A stretch of 64,000 nt of DNA from a virus (taxonomy: Duplodnaviria; Caudoviricetes), in the IMG/VR virus record IMGVR_UViG_3300020336_000481, positions 1-64,000 of that record. The stretch is one strand, 5' to 3'. Of this stretch, positions 32,901-38,481 are shown in pieces; within the stretch, counting starts at the first letter, position 1; each line of letters opens with the position of its first letter. The notes under the pieces were generated by a model that had not been told where the DNA came from, searched no databases, and saw only the letters and a list, made by a program, of their open reading frames with translations. Made by a program: the position numbers and the translations under genes.

Positions 32901-33057
32901 CTGGTTGAATCATTTGATCCAACGTTGCAGCTAAAAATTTATTATTTTTTGTAGTTCTAAAATATTTTGGTAAGTGGTAGGCACTTCGTCTTTTATTAGA
33001 CTTATCTTCGTTGCCAGCTGGCAACGGAAATTCGTTTTGATTGTCATCGTAAGACAT
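17902..33057 (-). CDS. giant (5051 aa) baseplate wedge/virion structural protein, positionally gp7-like
   Basis: uninterrupted 15.2-kb ORF coupled to gp6; FG-GAP-like repeats, W..Y..G..V.Y carbohydrate-binding-like motifs, C-terminal FTGDG repeats. Confidence 0.75.
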   Translation of the reverse strand: MSYDDNQNEFPLPAGNEDKSNKRRSAYHLPKYFRTTKNNKFLAATLDQMIQPGVVEKLNGYVGRESAKAFSSDDTYLTDVTKQRTDYQLEPAAVIKDSLDNVTFYKDYNDFMNQLQNFNLSTNDHSKTNSQESYAWDPQINWDKFSNFREYYWLPSGPQTIGITGKTSIDIKSTYSLDLVNNGDNYGYVFTPNGLTQNPTLVLYRGVEYKIDVNTPGLPVSIKTKNDTDSNFLYTNGVTNNSIETGTITIKLESDSPDILYYLCDDEINAGGVIRVYDQTDAKSIDVEAEVLGKKSYTTGENVTLSNGMKITFQGEVTPSKYANGSWYVEGVGDKIKLIAEEDLSIGTAFAENLNVKFDSIGFDNLPFSEAIGYPQDKDYIVINRASPDGNLWSRYNRWFHKSVIEQSANINNQPILVDQSQRARRPIIEFDAGLKLHKFGTKSKVDVNLIDNYTTDAFSTIEGKTGYNIDGIDLTNGMRVMFIKDPDPLVNGRIFEVKFFNFADGQTTNRQLSLVEVTDAQPAENEVVLVKQGTQFGGKLWYFDGTEWKQCQEKTKVNQPPYFDIFDNAGKSYSDTTTYPANTFPGTKFYSYAEGTGTNDTELGFPLKYRSISNVGDITFNFNLNTDSITYQLNNEQYQKYTKVGYARKYSDLTTFTSTNGWCKKVQFSDQPIIRQYINDLTSTGFEIDVYDSSSEVTDLWLRVFVNNTLQFETTDYNVIDNAKGNKEVVFVNTLNENDIVILKTKSSTEKNNNGYYEIASNLEKNPNNSDLNDFTLGEVNDHVATIVEETTDFSGTYPGSSNLRDLDKLSGYGNRFLKHSGPFNLALYHLLDKDANIIKSLKYSRKEYAKFKRLFIQTADKIGFEGPVKEHVDKILFSINKDKTNTQSFYFSDMVPYTASKKTLHTVINPNDEFYALSAIFDIATPSDKAVAVYLNQVQLTYGKDYTFNNQGFVRITKQVVLDDIVEIYEYETTNGSYVPATPSKLGLYPKYEPEIYLDTTYVNPVNVIQGHDGSRTIAYNDFRDNLLLELEKRIYNNIKTQYDQTIFDVLDFAPSEKRKTNFSLSEVNAPMLSDFIEWTNLVQDDYTENTTFDRSESFTFNYAGMNDRSLNILPGFWRAVYKHAYDTDRPHTHPWEMLGFSVKPTWWETKYGPSPYTKDNLIMWQDIEEGKISEPNKAFIINKKYIRPNLTKHLPVDDQGNLLSPNNSGYVQGFDSTNLDKIWLFGDHGPVETAWRNSSEYAFSLITSYVINQPHHVFSRAFDRTRQIKNLTDQIIYKETSTHIHLNNLIFPPTTIFPQKIFTSGLCGYIADYMSSDVTTTYDTYKDNIKNLQNQLGLKLGGFTDKSKFKLILDSRTPTNEGNVFIPDENFTVFENTSSPIQTVSYSGVIVEKLSSGYVIRGYSNSNPYFDYFKPIRLADDPVINIGGVSESYLTWDQNKVYRQGQYVEFNTIYYVVKENHTSSSTFDDSKFTRLAELPLVGGRDGIFSTREFEKNATRIPYGTQFTSVQAVIDFLLGLEHYYKSLGFTYEKTNSVGLVEDWSTSAKELMFWTTQNWSPGSVISLSPAAEELTYNSSYSVVSNVFDSFYGYSLFKADGKKLNSEFVTINRSDDNQFKVSTKNTADGIYSITLPLVQKEHVVLIDNVTVFNDIIYDIAPGYRQERIKILGYRTDEWNGSFNIPGFIYDKAEITEWQPWTDYKLGDLIKYKEFYYSANAKIAGAANFQTANWRKLDGKPEAGLIANFDYKTNQFADFYDLDSDNFEADQQKLAQHLIGYQKRDYLSNIINDDVSQYKFYQGFIQDKGTKNALTKLFDVLGSADKDSLEFYEEWAIKSGQYGASAGFNEVEFVLDETKFKLKPQPIELTNSVTGQEKDLIYRILPYQVYLKPKDYNSNPFPAKYVTKPYVKDAGYVNQEDVQYIVADSDAILSKDINTINNGDYFWVGNDNLSWNVFKHVAYKQNGIAIKPVGGSSNNFYIEFNSTVSDFVKNDVIGIKDVTGLEGYYKVASVSNNLIECVTTSAPAEMLNQHVIITRFISVRTPTLNTLNDISQTNLDNNDIYWVDSDDQGKWKVLKNNQSYKLNDTISNELGDGFGSYGSSIAADDRNGIVVVGAPEDGDGKVYVYQRPSSVTGLDLIQTIEADTTVCDPGQKFGSSVAISPDGEYILVGSPNASNVKTKYKGAYQLTTDYPQGEIVQYEELLWRTVTNVEGQEANIQFGSFQAVSNIIESLGILAQGDPKIKTILTGNYPFKNLTGVDHLLIRAPKDMYEGSGIGDSIKLEWNTVTTANQDQTTYTVRQPFNGTITGINEAFINSGFTISKKIDAILSVPSFTTLPQIGEIIQTQNAFGTVAYTFAVEGAATIYVENVNGTFATSGSVQISSGEFVGEYNRAGPDETVDATNFLDGYWFVNTTNYNVGTTNYDEGRGLVYKDVVPSGVSDPNRYYYNINDTATTTVNSLNNQNSLLRVLSTRGYPGPNNSLDPQLSDLYVVRAPKALTDTLTASDTFDLYVNKLPKYSDNSYPDITNINLTYAITNKRQTVYDLWDGYINFEFTKFGLSGDPFEPRVGATVQDVTTGATGIVTRYQRSLNDVTIFIKGKTGNWSLGDLYGNNSEIRFLGVPSDADPVYQVDRVMGQIQSTSLGNDSLGIGKLIVIQHNSNFTVPNDGNNVAFGTTDSITDAEYYFYKEGTVNGIPRAANIPTVGNNDWELVNRIFTDSTGTTDGNTQEGFATIFQRTGSSNYSSVGGFTVPDKASNNKFGSAIKITKFGSLYNTFIHADANPGKIYFINKGTSVDGQIYDWSIAKDPRYRGEFTSAHTYLENDIIFYSGNLYKAITNISAGTFNTEVWTLLTNYTDYVGYIPNNTSLVLTSDDSVTIDQTKLTAFGDSFDVSTNGDVLVTSATSTDSARPSAKKIAVYRSFNGQFLLDQEIFAQHNNGEFNDTLNFGKKVSISNDGMLIAVSAPNDDTIANDQGLVFVYKQVNGQFVLSQTLKSKQNKIAEFFGSNLEFDGETLYVSARGGNGLLEDYTFDGDLTTFDNNFTRFTDVDNVSGVVYVYEKIDNTLVFAQVLSGNNELISDFGENIHASSNHVYVGLPNLNASDSSLRGYVQDFRRPEANNVWQSLRTPIDTVDVSKIKRAILYNKRTQVILKYLDYIDPLQGKIAGIADQEIRYKTYYDPAFYTNGGSGVNINPQMAWGEAQVGQVWWDLTNAKFLNPYQGNIINRTSSWNTLFDSNTIDVYEWVETTLTPAEWSTIADTEQGITKGISGLPRYNNTTYVTKQVFDKVGQKFTNKYFYWVKDKKTIPDIESRSFSVADVSKYISDPNNQSYPYVELQTPNSFVLHNCDSLIEDSDVVLGIQYWTIKDQQKNIHNQYQIITDGLGTSKPSKDVENKWFDSLVGYDVAFRPVPDPSLSIKEKYGALNTPRQSWFVNRTEALKQVIERVNSVMNDNLIVDNSDISLLSTRDPEPTAFSREYDTKIDTFADLAFVGVAKARRCVLQPVIEDGKITRVVIVDSGQGYSVVPTYTITSTGGTGVNIQLTIDSLGKVTTATVLEQGNGYTADTTITVRRFIALVAADETINGKWATYERLSESLTWSRKTSQSYNTALFWDYADWYATGYSQQTKIDYLIDQSYELQGLNDSIGEIVKISTIGSGGWLLLEKTSNTDTTDYTVNYKTVGKQNGTIKFKSSLYNLTASQVGFDAQSFDTQFFDSQPINEIRTILNVIKNNILVDDLENEYNKLFFASLKYVLSEQLYVDWAFKTSFVKAKHNTGQLSQKITFQNDSLPSYEKYLNEVKPFKTKLREYLSTYEKTDNSRSVVTDFDLPAKFDSQENNITPSSAKVVDGVIVGTGTGFDTYPEKHWIDNATYSIESLLIGNSGIGYLSSPQITISGGGGTGATAEASIGANGKITNVVITNPGSGYISTPTVTLNGTISDTGKHGKLTAKLGNGLTRSILTKVKFDRVSGLYLITKLNESQTFTGTGTISKFDLTWPMDLSNTSFSITIDNLLLLSSDFTYENVLDTTKGYDRYYGRITFNTPPKLNSTIVVSYQKSTDLLEAQDRINLIYNPTTGQYAKDIAQLMDGVDYGGVEVKSFEFGQEEGWDVDGWYSKPWDTFDDSFEDEIFLKKKVTLTFSSTVTVDAGEVIIQDGTGASGTVIAKTTGTSVVLDTDFSTVFNTTNEVRFDDSTLLSSFGKGIQNTTNAVAIPTAVSNYVNLTTALENNITYNVYTKTLIDGQRLNVRRDDPSYDGSTVETNPYAVMLPITGDGTTTTFSLDTAAFSLANNDTLIIRKITSDGSLLPDSLEYDTQLDGGNLLYSNATGIEASDINIDGDGFVTQTTAKGPEEIVPGQVQDTLDITVFERPTSGGSKIYSRNYTGDGTTLKFPLGTVPFSFSNVFVKVNYDVKEKDTDYRIDYDTNELVFFTAPALGAGINLSHLSLTGAQILDIDTFTGDGSTVEFLTNVRWIDNFNYTVTVDGTYTDVGFEKSDASYAASGNIVIKFASAPKTDAIINYGIFQGNTDTFSQVTIDNLVADGTSTAYELSKAPFAQQPAAYYTVVTVGDNILNAGYSETFVVSSVRQYQLRLYQIPVATTGAKDIELYLNGRRLTYIVEWEYEGAGTYNPNATAQDQPGSTITLRDGVGVAGDELRVHIISDGEYRFGYYDSSDDFISTAGEDSTTPIIYFDTAYAQNQKITVYQFSNHDVQKIERQNFDVVERTSFNVGSSEFYEFRLLRSGLIPLRKLAVDSEYVWIAKNGTWLTPNRDYYLTENKKYIKTIVELAKDDVIDLIHFSSDKVEEKFGWRQFKDILNRDHYKRLDNRKEFILTSNLNWYDQSIKLNSTKDLPDPDATKKLPGVVFIEGERIEYLVKTDTELKQLRRGTLGTGTKDIYTEGTTVLDQSIDTNMPYRDVTVSQSFVGDGTSNTFSITDFTFNPNASYKDQVEVFVGGKRLRKDSVQAYKFEQIISGVTTSSIAQDSPEGDETLPAQYTFTGNNLVLAMPASENTIVNVVKKEGRLWSDPGTRLAKANNNISSFLLASTIDLPR

Positions 33058-36000
33058 TAGTAACTGTATCCTCCGCCACTAGAACTACTACTGCTTGATG
33101 TACTTGTACTTGTACTTGTATTTGTACTTGTATTTGTTGTAGTTGTTTCTGATACATATTCAGCACTTTGAATACCTGTGTTTGTACTTGCAGACGTTGT
33201 TGTAATAACACCTGATGCTTTTAATTTTGTAGCTGTTACTGCATCAATTATTTCAACATCGTCAACTGTTGCACCACTAATAAAGATTTCATCTGTTTCT
33301 GATTTAATTTCAAATAATGATCCAAACGCTTGGCTTTCTTGCGTTGGTACAATAACAAAAGTTACTAAGTCTGGTGCTAGTTGCCCCATTACATAACTAG
33401 ACATTTCTGTAAAATAAAACTTTTCTCCAAAGTCCCAGTTATCAAGAGCAAAATATTGATTGATTGCACTAACAATTCTAGTTTTTATATCATTATCGTT
33501 TAACACTAAGTCTGGATTTTTTACAACTTTAAATCTTGCCTGCAAACCTGTCTCCGCTTTAGTACCAAACAGTACTTTATACTTAACTGGATGATAAATT
33601 ACTTCATCACTAAGTGATTTAATTTTGTTAATATCTGGTCCGTAACTAATTGCAAGTGCATCTGAACTTGCAGGTAAAGGTTTTGTTGCAACTACATTGT
33701 TTAAATATTTTCTGTAACTGGTGTCGTATGTTTTTGTTAACACATATAAGTCTATAATATTACTTGCTGAGGGATCTATCCTTGAACTATCATCTGCAGC
33801 ATGGATATATTGAAACTTAATAGTGTCTCTTCCTAGTCTTGCTTTATAATCGCTTATTACACTATAAGTTCCCGTACTTTTAGTAAACTTTTCAAATATA
33901 TCTTCTTGTATATAATAAAATACTTGTCCGTCAGTATTTTTACTTGGAGCATTAGTGAGTTCGGATTTATTTCCAAGTACTGTAATGTTAGTTGTGCTAT
34001 CATAATTAAAATCTTCTACACCATCATCTGTTATTACTTTTTTAAAGAATATATATTTTGTACTTGCATTAGTTGTAGGAGCAACTATTTGTTCAAATAG
34101 ATCTGGATCGTCTACAACTCCATCTTCATCTTCATCAAAGAAACTGATTTGTATTTTTTTACTATCAATATAACCTTCTGCATCTCTATATTCTTCAACA
34201 ACTTCCCAATCCCAATCAGTTGTAAACGGTGTTAATACGTCAGGTTTTTTATTAATATCTAATATAGAAATTTTATCTTTAACAATTTTTCCTGTAAGGT
34301 TATTATAAATTTTATCACTAGAGTCATAATAAAATCTTACTTCTTGATCACTTTCAAATACATATCTCATAGATCTATATGTAATATTATATGTTTGACC
34401 GTCCGTTTCAAATAACAATATCCAACTTGCATCAAGTTGCTGATTTGTTGTATCTCCAGTTTTACCTGTACTAAATCCACTATACAAGTTTAAATTGTTT
34501 TCTGTAATTAAACGCCAGTTTCCTAAATCAATATCAAAACGTAAACCAAAAGTTCTATAATTAAAAATTTGATCTGTTACTTGTGTGTTAACATCATTTT
34601 GTAAAGTGTTAGATAAGTACGGAAGTATCTGTGTTAGTTTTGCACCTGATGGAATAATATCATTAAGTTGTATAGCACCTAATCCTGCATCAGTTTTTAC
34701 TGTGCCGTTACCTTCAACACTAACTATTTTTGTCCATTTGTAAGTTACTGCATTTGTGTGGTCTGCTGATCCTGTCATAAGTTTATGAGAATCGTCAGCC
34801 ATAAAGTGTTGCCCTGCTGGTGCTTCAAATTTTACTAAAGCGCCAGGTACAATTAATTTTAAATTATTACCCGTAAATGAACCTACAAAAGATTTTATAT
34901 CTCCTTTTTGGAAATATCCTGTATTTTGATTTGTATCTGTTGTTTCAGATAACCATGTCACACCCAAGTCGCCTACAAGTTTTTTAGGAAATGTATCGTA
35001 ATAATAATTTCTTACATTCTTACTTGCTAGTATAGGTTCAACTGTGTTTAAGATTGCTCCTTGTACATCAGTTTTTGTAGTAAAAGTAAAACTTTCTTTA
35101 GGGTTTAAATATTCTTTATATATTACACCGTCATTTCCATAAATGTTTGTTTTACTGTATTTGCCTGTAGCATCTAATAAATCAAAGTATCTGCTAATTC
35201 CGCTTGTAGTTCTATTAACAGCTTTAGCTTTAATAATTTCTTGATTAATACCTAATGGACCAACTTGATAGTCTTCGCCGGTTATTAATCTATTTTGTGT
35301 ATAATATGTGCTTGGAGCATTCTTTTTAATACTTGCACTAGTTTCACTTGTGCTAGAGTTATCAACTGTGTATTTTAATTCTAAACTAAGTGTAATTTCT
35401 TCTTGCTTTCCTTGTTTTGACAAATAAGGAATAGTGACGCTAATACCACGCATACCTTCTGGAGTTACAATAACTCTGTCTGCTCTACTATTTCTATAAT
35501 ATGTTCTAAAACTACCTTTTGGCAAGTTACCAAAAACACCATCTGAAAATATAAAACTAACTCTATCTTCTGCTCTTGTTAATACACTATAAATATTTCT
35601 AATTTTTTTGTTTACAGAATTATAAATTATATTATTGCCTTCTACAGCATCAACTTTTGTCCATAATTCTTCTTCGTTGCCTAGTGTGTCTAACTTGTAT
35701 AACCAAACATCGCTGTTGTTAATGTTTGTACTATCAATTGCAACTATTTGGTTTGTGCTAGGACTTGCTATTGTAAATTGTCCACTATCTAATGCACCTT
35801 GTTTGAACATACAGAAAAATCCGCTATTAGAACTTGCAGATCCTCTACCATCATTTCTATATAAAAATGCAAAGTTATTTCCAGGGTATGGTGCTTCTTC
35901 TACTATATCTCCGTCTACGTCTGTAGACACTACTTCAAATCTTGTTGACCTTCCGTCAACATTTTTTGTAAATCCAAAAGCAGGTACTTCTGTGTTAGTA

Positions 36001-36572
36001 CTATTAAGTCTATACTGTTCTGTTGGAATATCATTAACCGTTTCTTTTTTAACTGGTTTGCCAAATGCATTATTAACAGGTAATGCAGAATTTAATACTT
36101 TAATAAATTGCTCATACCAGTCTGGGTTACTAGGATCATTCCATATAATAGTTTGATCTTCTAAATTTACGCCATTAGCATCAATAACTTCTTCTGATGA
36201 CCGTATAGATTCTATTTTTAGCAATCCGTTTGCGTTTCTTACTCGCTTAGGATTGTATGACAGTAAACGTGCTAATCGTAGAACACTTTCTCTACGTTCA
36301 GCTAATTCTAGATAATTTTCTCTAGCATTTAGATCAATCCTAAACGCTATGTTTTGTCCAAGATATGCAATAAGATCAATTAGTGCAAGATACTCTGAAC
36401 TTTCAACATAATCATTAAAATCTTCAGGATAATTTTCACGCAGATAACTAATCATAGTTCTACGTAAATTGTCAAAGTCATAGCTCTGGAAGTCTGCGTT
36501 TCTAAAAGTTTGATATACTCGCTTCCAGTCTTCTGCTAGTAATAACCTATTTTGTCTATCTGTTGACGACAT
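33057..36572 (-). CDS. gp6: baseplate wedge subunit
   Basis: N-terminal YDFDNLR..M..YL...YPEDFNDY..SSE..ALID..AY...LAERRESVLRLARLLSYNP; follows gp25. Confidence 0.85.
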   Translation of the reverse strand: MSSTDRQNRLLLAEDWKRVYQTFRNADFQSYDFDNLRRTMISYLRENYPEDFNDYVESSEYLALIDLIAYLGQNIAFRIDLNARENYLELAERRESVLRLARLLSYNPKRVRNANGLLKIESIRSSEEVIDANGVNLEDQTIIWNDPSNPDWYEQFIKVLNSALPVNNAFGKPVKKETVNDIPTEQYRLNSTNTEVPAFGFTKNVDGRSTRFEVVSTDVDGDIVEEAPYPGNNFAFLYRNDGRGSASSNSGFFCMFKQGALDSGQFTIASPSTNQIVAIDSTNINNSDVWLYKLDTLGNEEELWTKVDAVEGNNIIYNSVNKKIRNIYSVLTRAEDRVSFIFSDGVFGNLPKGSFRTYYRNSRADRVIVTPEGMRGISVTIPYLSKQGKQEEITLSLELKYTVDNSSTSETSASIKKNAPSTYYTQNRLITGEDYQVGPLGINQEIIKAKAVNRTTSGISRYFDLLDATGKYSKTNIYGNDGVIYKEYLNPKESFTFTTKTDVQGAILNTVEPILASKNVRNYYYDTFPKKLVGDLGVTWLSETTDTNQNTGYFQKGDIKSFVGSFTGNNLKLIVPGALVKFEAPAGQHFMADDSHKLMTGSADHTNAVTYKWTKIVSVEGNGTVKTDAGLGAIQLNDIIPSGAKLTQILPYLSNTLQNDVNTQVTDQIFNYRTFGLRFDIDLGNWRLITENNLNLYSGFSTGKTGDTTNQQLDASWILLFETDGQTYNITYRSMRYVFESDQEVRFYYDSSDKIYNNLTGKIVKDKISILDINKKPDVLTPFTTDWDWEVVEEYRDAEGYIDSKKIQISFFDEDEDGVVDDPDLFEQIVAPTTNASTKYIFFKKVITDDGVEDFNYDSTTNITVLGNKSELTNAPSKNTDGQVFYYIQEDIFEKFTKSTGTYSVISDYKARLGRDTIKFQYIHAADDSSRIDPSASNIIDLYVLTKTYDTSYRKYLNNVVATKPLPASSDALAISYGPDINKIKSLSDEVIYHPVKYKVLFGTKAETGLQARFKVVKNPDLVLNDNDIKTRIVSAINQYFALDNWDFGEKFYFTEMSSYVMGQLAPDLVTFVIVPTQESQAFGSLFEIKSETDEIFISGATVDDVEIIDAVTATKLKASGVITTTSASTNTGIQSAEYVSETTTTNTSTNTSTSTSTSSSSSSSGGGYSY
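33060..33145 (-). repeat. low-complexity Thr/Ser tail of gp6 (TTTTNTSTNTSTSTSTSSSSSSSGGGYSY)
   Basis: tandem TGTACT/TGTATT hexamers on the plus strand. Confidence 0.8.
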
Positions 36573-36591
36573 TCATTTATCCTCTTTTTAG

Positions 36592-36598
36592 TATTTAT
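36592..36598 (-). promoter_or_regulatory. T4-type late promoter ATAAATA
   Basis: intergenic upstream of gp6 with GAGGA RBS. Confidence 0.7.
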
Positions 36599-36625
36599 TA
36601 TAAACGATTAAGTGCGTGGTTAATT

Positions 36626-37072
36626 CTATGTTAAAAACCCGGCATCTTCATCAAATTTAAGTTTTATACTTTCGCTTATGTTATAGGGCAAATAAGTTAA
36701 GGTACACTCTATTTGTATACCTGACTCATATTGATCTACTGTAATATTATCTACACCTACACGTGGATCATAGTTAATGACCCTAGTTACATTTTGTACT
36801 ATTGCATCTCGCATACCGTCAGTTAACGGTTCAAAAATAGCGTCCCAAATAATTGTTCCAAATTCAGGATTACTTAATTTTTCACCTTGTCTTATATGAA
36901 AGTGATTAATAATATCTTGTTTTATTAATGCTATGTCATAAAGAACAGGATCGTTACTCTCTGGATTTACTGTGCTAAATCCTCTGTAAGCCCTTGGAGA
37001 GACATCTTCAGTATTTTTTACATTACTTTTTACTGTAACTTGTTTGTATAAATTTTTTTCTAAAGTGCTCAT
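36626..37072 (-). CDS. gp25: baseplate wedge subunit / sheath initiator
   Basis: IKQDIINHFHIRQGEK..NPEFGTIIWD.IFEP..YDPRV. Confidence 0.9.
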   Translation of the reverse strand: MSTLEKNLYKQVTVKSNVKNTEDVSPRAYRGFSTVNPESNDPVLYDIALIKQDIINHFHIRQGEKLSNPEFGTIIWDAIFEPLTDGMRDAIVQNVTRVINYDPRVGVDNITVDQYESGIQIECTLTYLPYNISESIKLKFDEDAGFLT

Positions 37073-37076
37073 ACCG

Positions 37077-37082
37077 TATTTA
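37077..37082 (-). promoter_or_regulatory. T4-type late promoter TAAATA
   Basis: GGTAAATAC ending 4 nt before ATG 37072. Confidence 0.55.
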
Positions 37083-37089
37083 CCTTAAT

Positions 37090-38481
37090 TTATGTCTGCT
37101 TTTTAAATGTGTCAAATATTGTAGTACTTGTTGCAGTAGGTTCAGTTGCTCCAGTTGATGACACAGTTTTGTCTGGTGTAAACTCTGCAGGATTTAAATT
37201 TTCATGTCCTTGCCACGGTTCGTGCTGTGGCACTCTATTAGGAGATGTTGCATCAGTTGCAATGGCTGCTGTTGGTCCGTTCATATGAATATTATCTGGA
37301 GCGGTCTCAGTATGTGTTTTAGCATTAATATGCGTTCCGTTAGCAGCGGTTAGTTTACCATCTACTCCTGCTTTGACTTCCCAATTTGCTCCTGTTTTTT
37401 GAAATATATTCTGAGCTGATATCATATTAATGTTATTACCTGCTTCAATATTAATATCTCTATCTGCTTTTAAATTAAAATCATTACTTGTGTGTATACT
37501 TACACTGTCTTGTGCAAAGATATCAATCTTACCATTACTTGTCATTTCTAACCAGCTAGTTCCTTTAGCATTGCTTATGTAAATTAAATCTTCACTGTTG
37601 TGTAAAAGTATTTGATGGCCTGTTCTAGTTCTAAGTCTAATTAATTCATTAGCAGGAATACTAGGATCTCCTCCTGTGTCACCTGCTTCTATATTTGCAT
37701 ATGTTGGACCAGTTGTAGATGCTGTACCTTTTCGTAATAACGAAGCATCTCCGTCGTCCATAACAAAACTACTTCCACCAAGCCTACTAAAAGGCACATC
37801 ACTTTGAGAACCTTTGGTTCCGTATTTTACTTTAGGTTTTCCGGATCTTTTATCTGCAGGTCCTGGAGTACTCCAACCAAAAACCATACTAGGTGCTTCT
37901 CTTCTAGCACTGCTAGTATTTGATCCTCTAATTTGATCTTCAAGTAATCCCTGTGTTTCTAAAATAGAGTATTGAAGATCGTTATGCGGTTTAATAAATT
38001 TTGTAGGATCTCTTCCTTTTGCAGTTTCTTGTTTTTTATTATATTCTGCTACAGGCAATGATTTTGTAGAATCTTTGTCATTAAATGTTGTACTTGCATT
38101 TCCTGGTACTGAAAAATTCATATACTCGTCTTGTATACAACCTATCCAAAATCCCTTGCCTGCATTACCTTCTACAAATATTACAAGTACCTTAGTTCCT
38201 ACATCAGGCGGTATTGCCCACATTCCATATGCTTTTTGAGTAAAGTCATATCCGTCATTTTTTGTTAGACCTCTAAAAGGTGTTACTCCATAAAATGGAC
38301 TTAGATATTGACATTCAACAATTTGTCCGGTAGTTTCTGATAAGTTTCCACTTTCTGTAATTTTTAAAAGTTCTACTTCTACTGCACCGCTAAATTTTGG
38401 ATCAAGATGATTTACTATTTTTCCTATAAATGGTCCTGAATTTGGCTTAGGTTGTGTAGCTGTTCTTTTATCTATACTCAT
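37090..38481 (-). CDS. gp5: baseplate hub/central spike protein, no lysozyme domain apparent
   Basis: OB-fold DP..G.VEV..YGMW..PPDVGTKVLV.F..G..GFWIGC; RTRTGHQI; beta-helix repeats; RVPQHEPW.GHE C-terminus. Confidence 0.8.
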   Translation of the reverse strand: MSIDKRTATQPKPNSGPFIGKIVNHLDPKFSGAVEVELLKITESGNLSETTGQIVECQYLSPFYGVTPFRGLTKNDGYDFTQKAYGMWAIPPDVGTKVLVIFVEGNAGKGFWIGCIQDEYMNFSVPGNASTTFNDKDSTKSLPVAEYNKKQETAKGRDPTKFIKPHNDLQYSILETQGLLEDQIRGSNTSSARREAPSMVFGWSTPGPADKRSGKPKVKYGTKGSQSDVPFSRLGGSSFVMDDGDASLLRKGTASTTGPTYANIEAGDTGGDPSIPANELIRLRTRTGHQILLHNSEDLIYISNAKGTSWLEMTSNGKIDIFAQDSVSIHTSNDFNLKADRDINIEAGNNINMISAQNIFQKTGANWEVKAGVDGKLTAANGTHINAKTHTETAPDNIHMNGPTAAIATDATSPNRVPQHEPWQGHENLNPAEFTPDKTVSSTGATEPTATSTTIFDTFKKQT

